64,000 nt of DNA from Candidatus Eiseniibacteriota bacterium (GTDB taxonomy: Bacteria > Eisenbacteria > RBG-16-71-46): the NCBI GenBank assembly GCA_041483195.1, contig JBGPFC010000002.1:32001-96000 (forward strand). The letters run 5' to 3'. The translations under genes and the position numbers were made by a program. The notes under the pieces are model-generated. The model made no database searches. It was not told where the DNA came from and worked only from the letters and a program-made list of their open reading frames with translations. This document shows positions 1-9,842 of this stretch, piece by piece (the stretch's first letter is position 1; each line of letters opens with the position of its first letter).

Positions 1-310
1 GGACGACCGCCTCGCCAGAGCGGAACGCGAATCGGCAGATGATCTCGATCGCTCCGTCCTCGAGCGCGAGCTTGTGATCGGCGTGGACCCCCGAGGGTCC
101 CGACGCCAGGGACGGGGCGCCGGCGAAGAGCGGCGCGACGCGCTCCAGATCCGCGTCGGTGGTGAGGTCCCAGTCGCGGATGGAATCGGCGAGGCCGAGG
201 GCCGCGAGCAATCCGCTGCCACCGAGCGCGCAGGTCAGGCCGGCGGCTTCGAGCGTATTCACCGCGTTCTCGAGGAGTGAGCGCGGCGGCGAGCGCTTCA
301 CCCCGAACAC
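1..310 (-). CDS. Nucleotidyltransferase-fold hypothetical protein (partial, runs off the window start)
   Basis: Not in the ORF track. My translation from GTG at 310: MFGVKRSPPRSLLENAVNTLEAAGLTCALGGSGLLAALGLADSIRDWDLTTDADLERV...; the GGS...DxD pattern resembles pol-beta-type NTases. Confidence 0.55.
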   Translation of the reverse strand, partial: MFGVKRSPPRSLLENAVNTLEAAGLTCALGGSGLLAALGLADSIRDWDLTTDADLERVAPLFAGAPSLASGPSGVHADHKLALEDGAIEIICRFAFRSGEAVV

Positions 311-326
311 GGGCGGCCCTCGCGCG

Positions 327-839
327 TCATTCCGCGATGCGTACGGCCTCGGCCGCGCCCTCGGCGAGCGCCTCGTGCAGCGAGCCGGCGAGCTCGGCGA
401 GCGCCTCCCCAGGCGGGAGCGGTGCCACCATGTGGCGCGCCGCGGCCAGCCCGAGCCGTTGCGTCACGGTGGCCGCGCCAGCGGCTCCGCCCGCCTGCCC
501 GATCTCGCCATACTCGGCATAGCGCTCGGAGAGCAGCACGCGGCGGCGGCCGAACGCATCGAGCGACGGCTCGCGCGCCATCCAGTCTTCGAGCACGCGC
601 TCGTGAAGCGCGTCGATCGCTCCGCTGGTCTCGCGATTGAATCCGCCGGCGGCCACCAGCCCGCGCACGCAGGCGTAGAGCGCGAAACACTCCCACTCCT
701 CGCGCACGCGCTCGCGCGCCGCTGCGCCCCGTTCCACGGGCAGGACCCCCGACTCCTCGAAGTCGGCGAGCAGGCGCGGCGAGACCGCGCTGAAGAATTC
801 GGCGAGCGCGCGGCCGCGCCGCGCGGGATCCTCGATCAT
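327..839 (-). CDS. Hypothetical protein (170 aa)
   Basis: Protein-like ORF starting 9 bp downstream of the proC stop on the same strand; no motif recognised. Confidence 0.7.
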   Translation of the reverse strand: MIEDPARRGRALAEFFSAVSPRLLADFEESGVLPVERGAAARERVREEWECFALYACVRGLVAAGGFNRETSGAIDALHERVLEDWMAREPSLDAFGRRRVLLSERYAEYGEIGQAGGAAGAATVTQRLGLAAARHMVAPLPPGEALAELAGSLHEALAEGAAEAVRIAE

Positions 840-848
840 GGCGAGCCG

Positions 849-1664
849 CTAACTCTCGAGCAGCTCCCGCGCGCGCTCGGTCGCGCGCACCACCGCCTTG
901 ATCAGGGTCACGCGCAGTCCGCCCTCCTCGAGCTCGAGGATGCCGTCGATGGTGCAGCCCGCCGGGGTCGTCACCTGGTCCTTGAGCTTGGCCGGATGCT
1001 CGCCGGTCTCGAGCACCATCGCCGCGGCGCCGAGCACCGTCTGGGCGGCGAGCACCGTCGCGACGTCGCGCGGCAGGCCCACCTTGACTCCGCCCTCGGC
1101 GAGCGACTCGATGACGATGTAGATGAACGCCGGGCCGCTCGCCGAGAGGCCGGTCACCGCGTCCATGTGCCGCTCGTCCAGCGTCAGCACCCTTCCCACC
1201 GCGCTGAAGATCGAGCGCGCGAGCTCGAGGTGCTCGCGACTCGCGTGCGTGCCGGCCGCGATCGCCGTCATGCCGTGCTTGAGGAGGGCGGGCGTGTTCG
1301 GCATGGCGCGAATCACCGGGACCTCGCGGCCGAGATGCTTCTCGATGAACGCCGTGCTCACGGAGGCCGCGACCGAGATCAGGAGCTGATGGGGCTCGAG
1401 CGCGCCGCCGATCTCCCCGAGCACCAGCGACACCTGCTGCGGCTTGACCGCGAGCAGGACGAGGTCCGCGCCCGCGACCGCCTCGCGGTTCGATGGCGCA
1501 CCATTGACGCCCAGGCTCCGCCGCAGCTTCTCGATCCGCTCCTCGTGCGCGGCGGTCACCGTCACCCGATCGGCGCGGATGACTGCGGCGTCGAGCAGGC
1601 CGCGGATCAGCGTCTCCCCGAGCTTGCCCGCGCCGAGCACTGCGAGCCGCTTCTGATTCAGCAT
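849..1664 (-). CDS. proC: Pyrroline-5-carboxylate reductase
   Basis: GAGKLG Rossmann motif, AVKPQ, RAMPNTP, SASGPAF, TTPAGCT. Confidence 0.95.
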   Translation of the reverse strand: MLNQKRLAVLGAGKLGETLIRGLLDAAVIRADRVTVTAAHEERIEKLRRSLGVNGAPSNREAVAGADLVLLAVKPQQVSLVLGEIGGALEPHQLLISVAASVSTAFIEKHLGREVPVIRAMPNTPALLKHGMTAIAAGTHASREHLELARSIFSAVGRVLTLDERHMDAVTGLSASGPAFIYIVIESLAEGGVKVGLPRDVATVLAAQTVLGAAAMVLETGEHPAKLKDQVTTPAGCTIDGILELEEGGLRVTLIKAVVRATERARELLES

Positions 1665-1759
1665 CGCGTGACCTCCTCGTTCGGTGCTGCGGGACGAGCG
1701 GCGGGCCCCAGGGCCCGCCGCCCTCTAAGGACGGCGCATTCGCGATCCGCGGAACGCGA

Positions 1760-2626
1760 TCACGAGGGCGGGTTGGTGCTCCAGTCGTAGAATCCGCGGC
1801 CGGTCTTGCGGCCGTGAAGTCCGGCCAGCACCATGCGCTTGAGCAACGGCGGCGGCGCGAAGCGCGGCTCCTTGAACTCGTCGAACATGATCTCGGCGAT
1901 GTAGTAGGTGGTGTCGAGCCCCACGTAGTCTCCGAGCAGCAGCGGGCCCATCGGATAGCCGCACCCCAGCTTCATCGCGTTGTCGATGTCGTCGCGGCTC
2001 GCGAGCCCCTGCTCGAAGACGCGGACCGCGTCCAGCATGTAGGGGACGAGCAGGCGGTTCACCACGAATCCGGTCGAGTCGCCCACCGTGACCACGGTCT
2101 TGCCGATCGCGCGGCACCAGGTCTGCGTTGACTCCAGCGCCTCGCTCGTGGTGCGGATGGTCTTCACCACCTCGACCAGCTTCATGAGCGGGACCGGATT
2201 GAAGAAGTGGAGCCCGAGAAAATTCCCGGGCCGTTTCGTCGCGGTCGACAGCTCGGTGATCGAGAGGCTCGAGGTGTTCGATGCGAGCAGCGCGCCACCC
2301 TTGCAGGTCGCATCCAGCGCCGCGAACAGTTCCTTCTTCATCGCCAGGTTCTCGACGGCGGCTTCGATCACGAGGTCGCAGTCGGCGAGGTCGCCGAGCT
2401 CCACCGTGCCCTTCAGGTTGCCGAGGGTCTTCTCCATGTCGGCGGCGGCGAGCTTCCCCTTGTCCACCCCGCGCTGGAGAAACTTGCGGATGGTGCCCAT
2501 GCCCTTCTCGAGCGCCGGCGCCGAGATCTCGCGCACCACGGTCGGGAATCCCGCCTGCGCGCTCACCTGCGCGATGCCGCTGCCCATCAGCCCGCATCCC
2601 ACCACTCCCACCTTGCGAATCGTCAT
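1760..2626 (-). CDS. hbd: 3-hydroxybutyryl-CoA / 3-hydroxyacyl-CoA dehydrogenase
   Basis: GCGLMGSGIA, SNTSSL, GLHFFNPVP, GFVVNRLL, YPMGP, GRKTGRGFY. Confidence 0.92.
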   Translation of the reverse strand: MTIRKVGVVGCGLMGSGIAQVSAQAGFPTVVREISAPALEKGMGTIRKFLQRGVDKGKLAAADMEKTLGNLKGTVELGDLADCDLVIEAAVENLAMKKELFAALDATCKGGALLASNTSSLSITELSTATKRPGNFLGLHFFNPVPLMKLVEVVKTIRTTSEALESTQTWCRAIGKTVVTVGDSTGFVVNRLLVPYMLDAVRVFEQGLASRDDIDNAMKLGCGYPMGPLLLGDYVGLDTTYYIAEIMFDEFKEPRFAPPPLLKRMVLAGLHGRKTGRGFYDWSTNPPS

Positions 2627-2805
2627 GAGAAGAACGCCTCCGTTCTGCGCGTGGTCGTCGGGGGTTGTAGTCGGCCACGGACAATAGGGGAGCGATGGGG
2701 GAGCGGCAAGGCGGCCTTCACACGAGGCTGGCCGCGCGGGCGGCGCGCTGCTAGGGTTCGGTGGCTGCCGTGCCGTGCGATGTCCACCGTCCGCGAGGAG
2801 CGCCG

Positions 2806-3342
2806 ATGATCGCAGCCAACCCCATCACCCGCCCGGCCGAAGGCGAGTACAACCCGTACTACGGACGCTACATTTCGCAGGTGCCGGGCGACGACGCGCT
2901 CGATGCGCTCGACGCGCAGATCGGCGAGACGCTCGCGCTGCTCGCGCCGCTCGACGAGGCGCGCGCGCTCCATCGCTACGCGCCCGGCAAGTGGAGCGTG
3001 AAGGAGACCATCGGCCACGTCGCCGACGCGGAGCGGGTCTTCGCCTATCGCGCGCTGCGCTTCGCGCGCGCCGACGCGACGCCGCTGCCGGGATTCGACG
3101 AGAACGTGTACGTGCCGGCCGGGCGCTTCGACGCGCGCCCGATCGACGCGCTGCGCGACGAGCTGGCGCGGGTGCGCGCGGCAACCCTCGCCCTGTTCCG
3201 CTCGTTCGACCCCGCCGCCCTTGCGCGGCGCGGCGAGGCGAGCGGCAATCCGGTCAGCGTGCGGGCCCTCGCATGGATCATCGCCGGGCACGAGCGCCAC
3301 CACGCCGCGCTGCTGAGGGAGCGCTACGGCCTCGGGCGTTGA
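2806..3342 (+). CDS. DinB/YfiT-family protein
   Basis: YAPGKWSVKETIGHVADAERVF...IAGHERHH; GAGGAG RBS before ATG 2806. Confidence 0.88.
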   Translation: MIAANPITRPAEGEYNPYYGRYISQVPGDDALDALDAQIGETLALLAPLDEARALHRYAPGKWSVKETIGHVADAERVFAYRALRFARADATPLPGFDENVYVPAGRFDARPIDALRDELARVRAATLALFRSFDPAALARRGEASGNPVSVRALAWIIAGHERHHAALLRERYGLGR

Positions 3343-3386
3343 GCGGACGGAACGCCGATGTGGGCGAAGCCAGGGAGGAAATCCAG

Positions 3387-3830
3387 ATGCGCAGCATGAT
3401 CCTGCGAATCGTCGGGGTGGCACTGCTCGCGGGAGGTTGTGCTGGCGCCCCCATGAGCGGAATGGGGAATCAGCAGCCACTCCCGCCCGAGCCTCCGGCA
3501 CCCGCGGCGGCCCGCCCCGCGCCCGTGACGGTCGTGCCGCTCCCCGCGTTCGGAGACTACGTTTACGTCGAACAGCTTCCGGAGGCGATCGAGAAGGTAT
3601 CACCTGAATATCCCACCGGTCCCAAGGAGGGCATCGAAGGAGTCGTCATCGTCCAGGCGCTGGTGGGCACGGACGGGCGGGTGAAGGACACGCGGGTCGT
3701 GAAGTCCATCCCGATGCTCGACGACGCGGCCGTCGCGGCCGTCCGGCAATGGGTGTTCAAGCCGGCCATGAGCAAGGGCCTCCCGGTCGCGGTCTGGGTC
3801 GCGGTCCCGGTGAGGTTTCCCCCGCGCTGA
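3387..3830 (+). CDS. TonB C-terminal domain protein, possible lipoprotein
   Basis: GGAGG RBS; signal-like N-terminus ending LAGGC; Pro-rich linker; TonB-C motifs PEYP..GIEGVVIVQALVGTDGRV..LDDAAVAAVRQWVFKPA. Confidence 0.85.
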   Translation: MRSMILRIVGVALLAGGCAGAPMSGMGNQQPLPPEPPAPAAARPAPVTVVPLPAFGDYVYVEQLPEAIEKVSPEYPTGPKEGIEGVVIVQALVGTDGRVKDTRVVKSIPMLDDAAVAAVRQWVFKPAMSKGLPVAVWVAVPVRFPPR

Positions 3831-3987
3831 TCCCCCCGCCGCATGCCTGCCCGCGTGCGCCGCGCCGTGACCCGCCCCCCCCGGATCGCTTTCGCGTCCC
3901 CGCCCTTTCCATTAAGGTGCGGCGGACCTCGATCCACCGCGTTGCGCGTCCGCGCGCGGTGCATCGTCTCAGCGTGGAGACCTCGAC

Positions 3988-5205
3988 GTGACCGACTCGG
4001 TGCTTGAGGCACTGGTTCTCGAAAATGAAATCCGGATCGTGCTGCTGGTGCTCGATGGGCTCGGCGACCTGCCCCATCCCGATCACTCCGGCCTCACGCC
4101 GCTCGAGGCCGCGCGCACCCCGAACTTCGACTCGATCGCGCCACGCAGCGCGCTCGGCCGGCTGCTCCCGGTGGGCCCCGGCATCACGCCCGGCAGCGGC
4201 CCCGGGCACCTCGCGCTCTTCGGATACGATCCGCTCACGACCGTGGTGGGGCGGGGCGTGCTCGAGGCGCTCGGCGCGGGGATCACGCTCGAGCACGGGG
4301 ACGTCGCGGCGCGCGCCAACTTCTGCACCGTCGACGCGGCGGGAACGGTCACCGATCGCAGGGCGGGCCGCATCGCGAGCGAGGTGTGCGCGCGGCTGGT
4401 CGAGCGGCTGGCGCGCGCGCTGCCGCGCATCGACGACGTGGAGATCGTGCTGCGCGCCGGGAAGGGACATCGCTTCGTCGCGGTGCTGCGCGGCCCGGGC
4501 CTCGACGGTTCGGTGAGCGACGCGGATCCGCATCACGAGGGCCGGCCGATTCCCGCATGCCGCCCGCTCGCGGAGGATCCGCGCGCGCTGAAGACCGCGC
4601 ACATCGTGAACGCCTTCGTGCGGGGCGCGCAGCAGACGCTCGCGGGGGAGCGCCCCGCGAACGCCGCGCTCATGCGCGGCCTCTCGGAGCGTCCGCGGTT
4701 CCCGGGCTATCGCGAGCGCTGGAAGCTCCGCGCCGCCGCGATCGCGGCCTATCCGATGTATCGCGGGGTCGCGCAGCTCGCGGGCATGGACGTGCTGCCC
4801 ACCTCGGAGTCGCCCGCCGACGCCTTCGCGACGGCGGCCTCGCACTGGGGCGAGTACGACTACTTCTTCATGCACGTGAAGGGCACCGACATGGCGGGAG
4901 AGGACGGCGACTTCGACGCCAAGGTGGCGTGCATCGAGGCCGTGGACCGCGCGCTGCCCGCGCTGCTCGCGCTCGCGCCCGGGGTGCTGTGCGTGACCGG
5001 CGATCACTCGACCCCGGTGCCGATGAAGGGGCACTCGTGGCACCCGGTGCCGGTCCTGGTCCACTCGCCGTGGTGCGGCGCGGACCAGCTGCCGCGGTTC
5101 CACGAGAAGGCGGCCCGCGGCGGCAGCCTCGGCCTGCTTGCCAGCCGCGACCTGATCGCGGTATTGCTTGCGAACGCCGGGCGTCTCGACAAGTACGGAG
5201 CCTGA
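3988..5205 (+). CDS. apgM: 2,3-bisphosphoglycerate-independent phosphoglycerate mutase, ApgM type
   Basis: LDGLGD, TPLEAARTPNFD, PGSGPGHLALFGYDP, GRGVLEALG, TGDHSTP, HSWHPVP. Confidence 0.9.
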   Translation: MTDSVLEALVLENEIRIVLLVLDGLGDLPHPDHSGLTPLEAARTPNFDSIAPRSALGRLLPVGPGITPGSGPGHLALFGYDPLTTVVGRGVLEALGAGITLEHGDVAARANFCTVDAAGTVTDRRAGRIASEVCARLVERLARALPRIDDVEIVLRAGKGHRFVAVLRGPGLDGSVSDADPHHEGRPIPACRPLAEDPRALKTAHIVNAFVRGAQQTLAGERPANAALMRGLSERPRFPGYRERWKLRAAAIAAYPMYRGVAQLAGMDVLPTSESPADAFATAASHWGEYDYFFMHVKGTDMAGEDGDFDAKVACIEAVDRALPALLALAPGVLCVTGDHSTPVPMKGHSWHPVPVLVHSPWCGADQLPRFHEKAARGGSLGLLASRDLIAVLLANAGRLDKYGA

Positions 5206-6345
5206 ATGCTGAGACGCTGTCTGTTCGCGGGGCTGGGTCTCTCGGTCCTCGCCTCGCCCGTTTTCGCGCAGCTGCCTTCCACGATTTCCCCAGCGCTGTT
5301 CGCGTTTCCCGGCGCGCATTCCGGTCCCGGCTCCGCGGCCTCCGCCGGCCTCGCGCTCGCCGATCGATTCCTGGGGGACGAGCCATTCTGCAATCCCGCC
5401 ACCGCGCGGGCGGCCACGCTGGTGCTCTCCCCAGCGCTGCTCCACGTCGGCCGCCAGGACCTGCGCGCCGACAATCGCCGCTACGACGAGGAGTCGGCGT
5501 TCATCGACGTGGCCGGCGGCTGGTTCGGCGCGAAGCGCGGCGCGCTCGGGATCACGGTGTACGGCTACCAGCCGGTGGTGCGCCTCGAGAACAACACGTT
5601 CCTGCGCGGCACGGCGCTGAACGCGCCCGGCGCGGAGCAGAGCACGAGCTCGATGCGCGAGTCGCGCGCCGGCGTCGGGCTCTCGTTCGGCTTGGGGCGC
5701 GTGCGGTTCGGCATCGCCCCCGAGTGGACGCAGCGCAACGATCGCTACGAGATTCACGACACCGGCGGGCCCGCGCCCGAGGTGCGGATCGCGTCCTTCT
5801 CGGGCGGCGGGTGGGGCGCTCAGGCGGGTGCGCGCGTCGCCTTCGGCGACACAGCAGCCGGCGCGATCCTGCTCGGCGCGGCCGCCCGCTACGTGCCATC
5901 GCTCGCGCTCGGCGGCGAGGAGCAGTTGGATCTGGTAGGCGGGAAGAGCACGCGCACGATCGCCGCCACGCGGAAGGCGGCGTGGGAGGGCGGCCTCGCG
6001 CTGCGCTGGTCGCCGACCGTCGCGTTCCACCTCATGGCTTCGGCGGGCGGCCGCACGGCGCAGCGATATGACGGATTCGGCGTGAGCCGCGGCGCGGGCG
6101 GCGACTGGAGCGTCGCCTGCGCGTTTCACGACGCGCGCGACCCTTGGATCGCGCGCGTGGGGCTCGGCGGGGAGCAGGAGCGCGGCGTGGCGGAGCCGCG
6201 GACGAGCGTGGTCGGTCTCGGCGCCGGCTGGATCCTCGAGAGCACCGTGCTCGAGCTGGGCATCCTGCACCGGGGCTTCGAGCGGAGCGGTCACGCTCCG
6301 TCGACCGAGGAGCGAGTCGTGATCGGCGTGACCCAGACGTTCTGA
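5206..6345 (+). CDS. Outer-membrane beta-barrel protein (FadL/PorV-like?)
   Basis: Signal peptide, NPA motif near the N-terminus, alternating amphipathic strands, C-terminal Phe. Confidence 0.6.
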   Translation: MLRRCLFAGLGLSVLASPVFAQLPSTISPALFAFPGAHSGPGSAASAGLALADRFLGDEPFCNPATARAATLVLSPALLHVGRQDLRADNRRYDEESAFIDVAGGWFGAKRGALGITVYGYQPVVRLENNTFLRGTALNAPGAEQSTSSMRESRAGVGLSFGLGRVRFGIAPEWTQRNDRYEIHDTGGPAPEVRIASFSGGGWGAQAGARVAFGDTAAGAILLGAAARYVPSLALGGEEQLDLVGGKSTRTIAATRKAAWEGGLALRWSPTVAFHLMASAGGRTAQRYDGFGVSRGAGGDWSVACAFHDARDPWIARVGLGGEQERGVAEPRTSVVGLGAGWILESTVLELGILHRGFERSGHAPSTEERVVIGVTQTF

Positions 6346-6377
6346 CGGTTGCGCCGGGAAGGCGCGCGGAACCCGTA

Positions 6378-6386
6378 TGCTATACT
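6378..6386 (+). promoter_or_regulatory. Putative extended -10 promoter (TGcTATACT) for tRNA-Leu-tig-clpPX-lon
   Basis: TG-n-TATACT in an otherwise GC-rich intergenic region about 110 nt before the tRNA. Confidence 0.5.
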
Positions 6387-6494
6387 GCGATTCGAACTAC
6401 GACATCCACGCGACCCGCGTCGGCGCGGGCGTCTCGGCGCATACCGACCGGGTCCGATTCAGGGTCGCGGGCGTCCGCGGCCCCGTTCCGCGAT

Positions 6495-6576
6495 GCGAGA
6501 GTGGCGGAACTGGCAGACGCGCTGGATTTAGGATCCAGTGGGGAAACTCGTGGGGGTTCAAATCCCCCCTCTCGCA
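6495..6576 (+). tRNA. tRNA-Leu(TAG)
   Basis: Acceptor GCGAGAG/CTCTCGC, anticodon arm CTGGA-TTTAGGA-TCCAG, long variable arm, GGTTCAAATCC T-loop; CCA not encoded. Confidence 0.95.
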
Positions 6577-6626
6577 CTGATCGCGCGTTCGCAACACCCT
6601 CCTCACCCACGGAGCACGGCTCACCC

Positions 6627-7922
6627 ATGGATCTCAAGGTTCGCGCGAGCGGCACCTGGCAGCACACGATCGACATCGAGGTGCCGGTGGAGGAGGTCGA
6701 GGGCCGCCTCGTCGACGTCGCACGGCAGCTCCAGCGCCGCGCGAGCCTGCCCGGCTTCCGCCCGGGCCGGGTTCCGCTCGAGATGGTCCGCCAGCACTTC
6801 GCGGACCGCGTCGAGCAGGAGTTCATGGAGACGTTCGTCCCGCGCATCGCGGGCGAGGCGGTGGATCAGGCCCGGCTCAATCCGGTCATCCCGCCGCTCG
6901 CGCGCAACCTGCGCTTCACTCCGGGACAGCCCCTGCGCTTCGAGTTGCTGGTCGACGTGCGGCCCGAGGTCGAGGCCAGGGACTATCGCGGCATCCCGGT
7001 CAAGCGGAGCGCGCACGTATTCGACGACGCGGGAGTGGAGCGCGCGCTGAACGAGCTGCGAGAGGAGTCCGCGGTGTTCGCGGATCTCGACCGGCCGGCG
7101 CAGCGCGGCGACATCGTGCTGCTCGACTCGACGCGCCTCGATGCGAACGGGCGGCGGCTGCCGGGCTCGCGGCTCAAGGCCCGCCGGATTCCGCTCGGCA
7201 CCCCGGACGTGCTGCCCGATCTCGAGAACGGGCTGCTGGGGGCCGAGGCCGGACAGGAGCGGACGATCGAAATCGCATACCCGGCCGACTACCCGGTGCA
7301 GGAGCTGGCGGGCAAGCCCGCGCGTTACGTGGTGCGGGTCCGCAAAATCCAGGAGAAGAAGCTGCGCGATCTGGACGATAACTTCGCTCGGGACGTGTTT
7401 CGTCTCGAATCGCTCGAGGAGCTACGCTCCCGGGTCCGGCTCAATCTCGAGGGGGAAGAACGCGTGCGGGTGCAGCGCGAGGTCGAGTCGGCGATCGCCG
7501 AAGAGCTGATCCGTCGCAATCCGGTCGATTTGCCGGAGCGGCTGGTCGCGTACATGCTCGATCGCGTGATCGCGGAGGCGATGGGAGAGCGGCCGGTGGA
7601 CGATGCGCTGCGCCGGGAGCTCGTGACGCGTTACCTTCCGGGAGTCGAGCGCTCGCTGCGGCGCGAGGTGCTGCTGGGCGCGGTCGCGCGCCAGGAGAAG
7701 CTCGAGGTCTCCGAGGAGGACGTCGCGGGGGAGATCGAGCGCATGGCGCAGGCCGAGCCGCGACAGGCGGCGCGGGTGCGCGCCCGCTATCAGAGTGCGG
7801 AGCGGCGGCAGGCGCTCCACGAATCACTGCTCGAGCGCAAGGCGCTCGACTGGCTGATCAACGCGGCGGACGTGCAGGACGAGGCCACGGAATCTCGGCT
7901 GATCGTTCCCGCCGCCCGCTGA
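6627..7922 (+). CDS. tig: Trigger factor
   Basis: Ribosome-binding loop [14 protein letters not shown]-like middle domain, tig-clpP-clpX-lon synteny. Confidence 0.93.
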   Translation: MDLKVRASGTWQHTIDIEVPVEEVEGRLVDVARQLQRRASLPGFRPGRVPLEMVRQHFADRVEQEFMETFVPRIAGEAVDQARLNPVIPPLARNLRFTPGQPLRFELLVDVRPEVEARDYRGIPVKRSAHVFDDAGVERALNELREESAVFADLDRPAQRGDIVLLDSTRLDANGRRLPGSRLKARRIPLGTPDVLPDLENGLLGAEAGQERTIEIAYPADYPVQELAGKPARYVVRVRKIQEKKLRDLDDNFARDVFRLESLEELRSRVRLNLEGEERVRVQREVESAIAEELIRRNPVDLPERLVAYMLDRVIAEAMGERPVDDALRRELVTRYLPGVERSLRREVLLGAVARQEKLEVSEEDVAGEIERMAQAEPRQAARVRARYQSAERRQALHESLLERKALDWLINAADVQDEATESRLIVPAAR

Positions 7923-7954
7923 TCGCGGTTCATTCAACGAGGAGTCGAGACGAC

Positions 7955-8539
7955 ATGGGCCTGGTTCCCATCGTAGTGGAGCAGACGGGTCGCGGAGAGC
8001 GCGCGTACGACATCTACTCGCGGCTCCTCAAGGACCGGATCATCTTCATCGGCACCCCGATCGACGACATGGTCGCGAACCTGGTCATCGCCCAGATGAT
8101 CTTCCTGGAGGGCGAGGACCCGGATCGCGACATCAATCTCTACATTCATAGCCCGGGCGGCATGGTCACGGCCGGGCTCGCGATCTACGATACGATGCAG
8201 TTCGTGAAGCCCGACATCGCGACGCTCTGCATGGGCCAGGCGGCGAGCATGGGCGCCGTGCTGCTCGCGGCCGGCGCGAAGGGCAAGCGCTCGGTGCTGC
8301 CGAACTCGCGCATCATGATCCACCAGCCGCTGGGCGGCACGCAGGGCCAGGCCACCGACATCGAGATCTACACGCGCGAGATGGTCAAGATGCGCGACCA
8401 GCTGAACGGCATCCTCGCGAAGCACACCGGCAGGCCGATGGAGCAGATCGAGAAGGACACCGACCGCAACTACTTCATGTCGGCCGAAGAGGCCAAGGCC
8501 TACGGGATCGTCGACGAGCTCATCGAGAAGCGTCGCTAG
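7955..8539 (+). CDS. clpP: ATP-dependent Clp protease proteolytic subunit
   Basis: [22 protein letters not shown] (catalytic Ser), MIHQP (His). Confidence 0.97.
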   Translation: MGLVPIVVEQTGRGERAYDIYSRLLKDRIIFIGTPIDDMVANLVIAQMIFLEGEDPDRDINLYIHSPGGMVTAGLAIYDTMQFVKPDIATLCMGQAASMGAVLLAAGAKGKRSVLPNSRIMIHQPLGGTQGQATDIEIYTREMVKMRDQLNGILAKHTGRPMEQIEKDTDRNYFMSAEEAKAYGIVDELIEKRR

Positions 8540-8548
8540 GGGAGCGTC

Positions 8549-9808
<1,260 letters not shown>

Positions 9809-9842
9809 CCGCTCCGCTCCACCCGTCACACCGGAGAATCCG

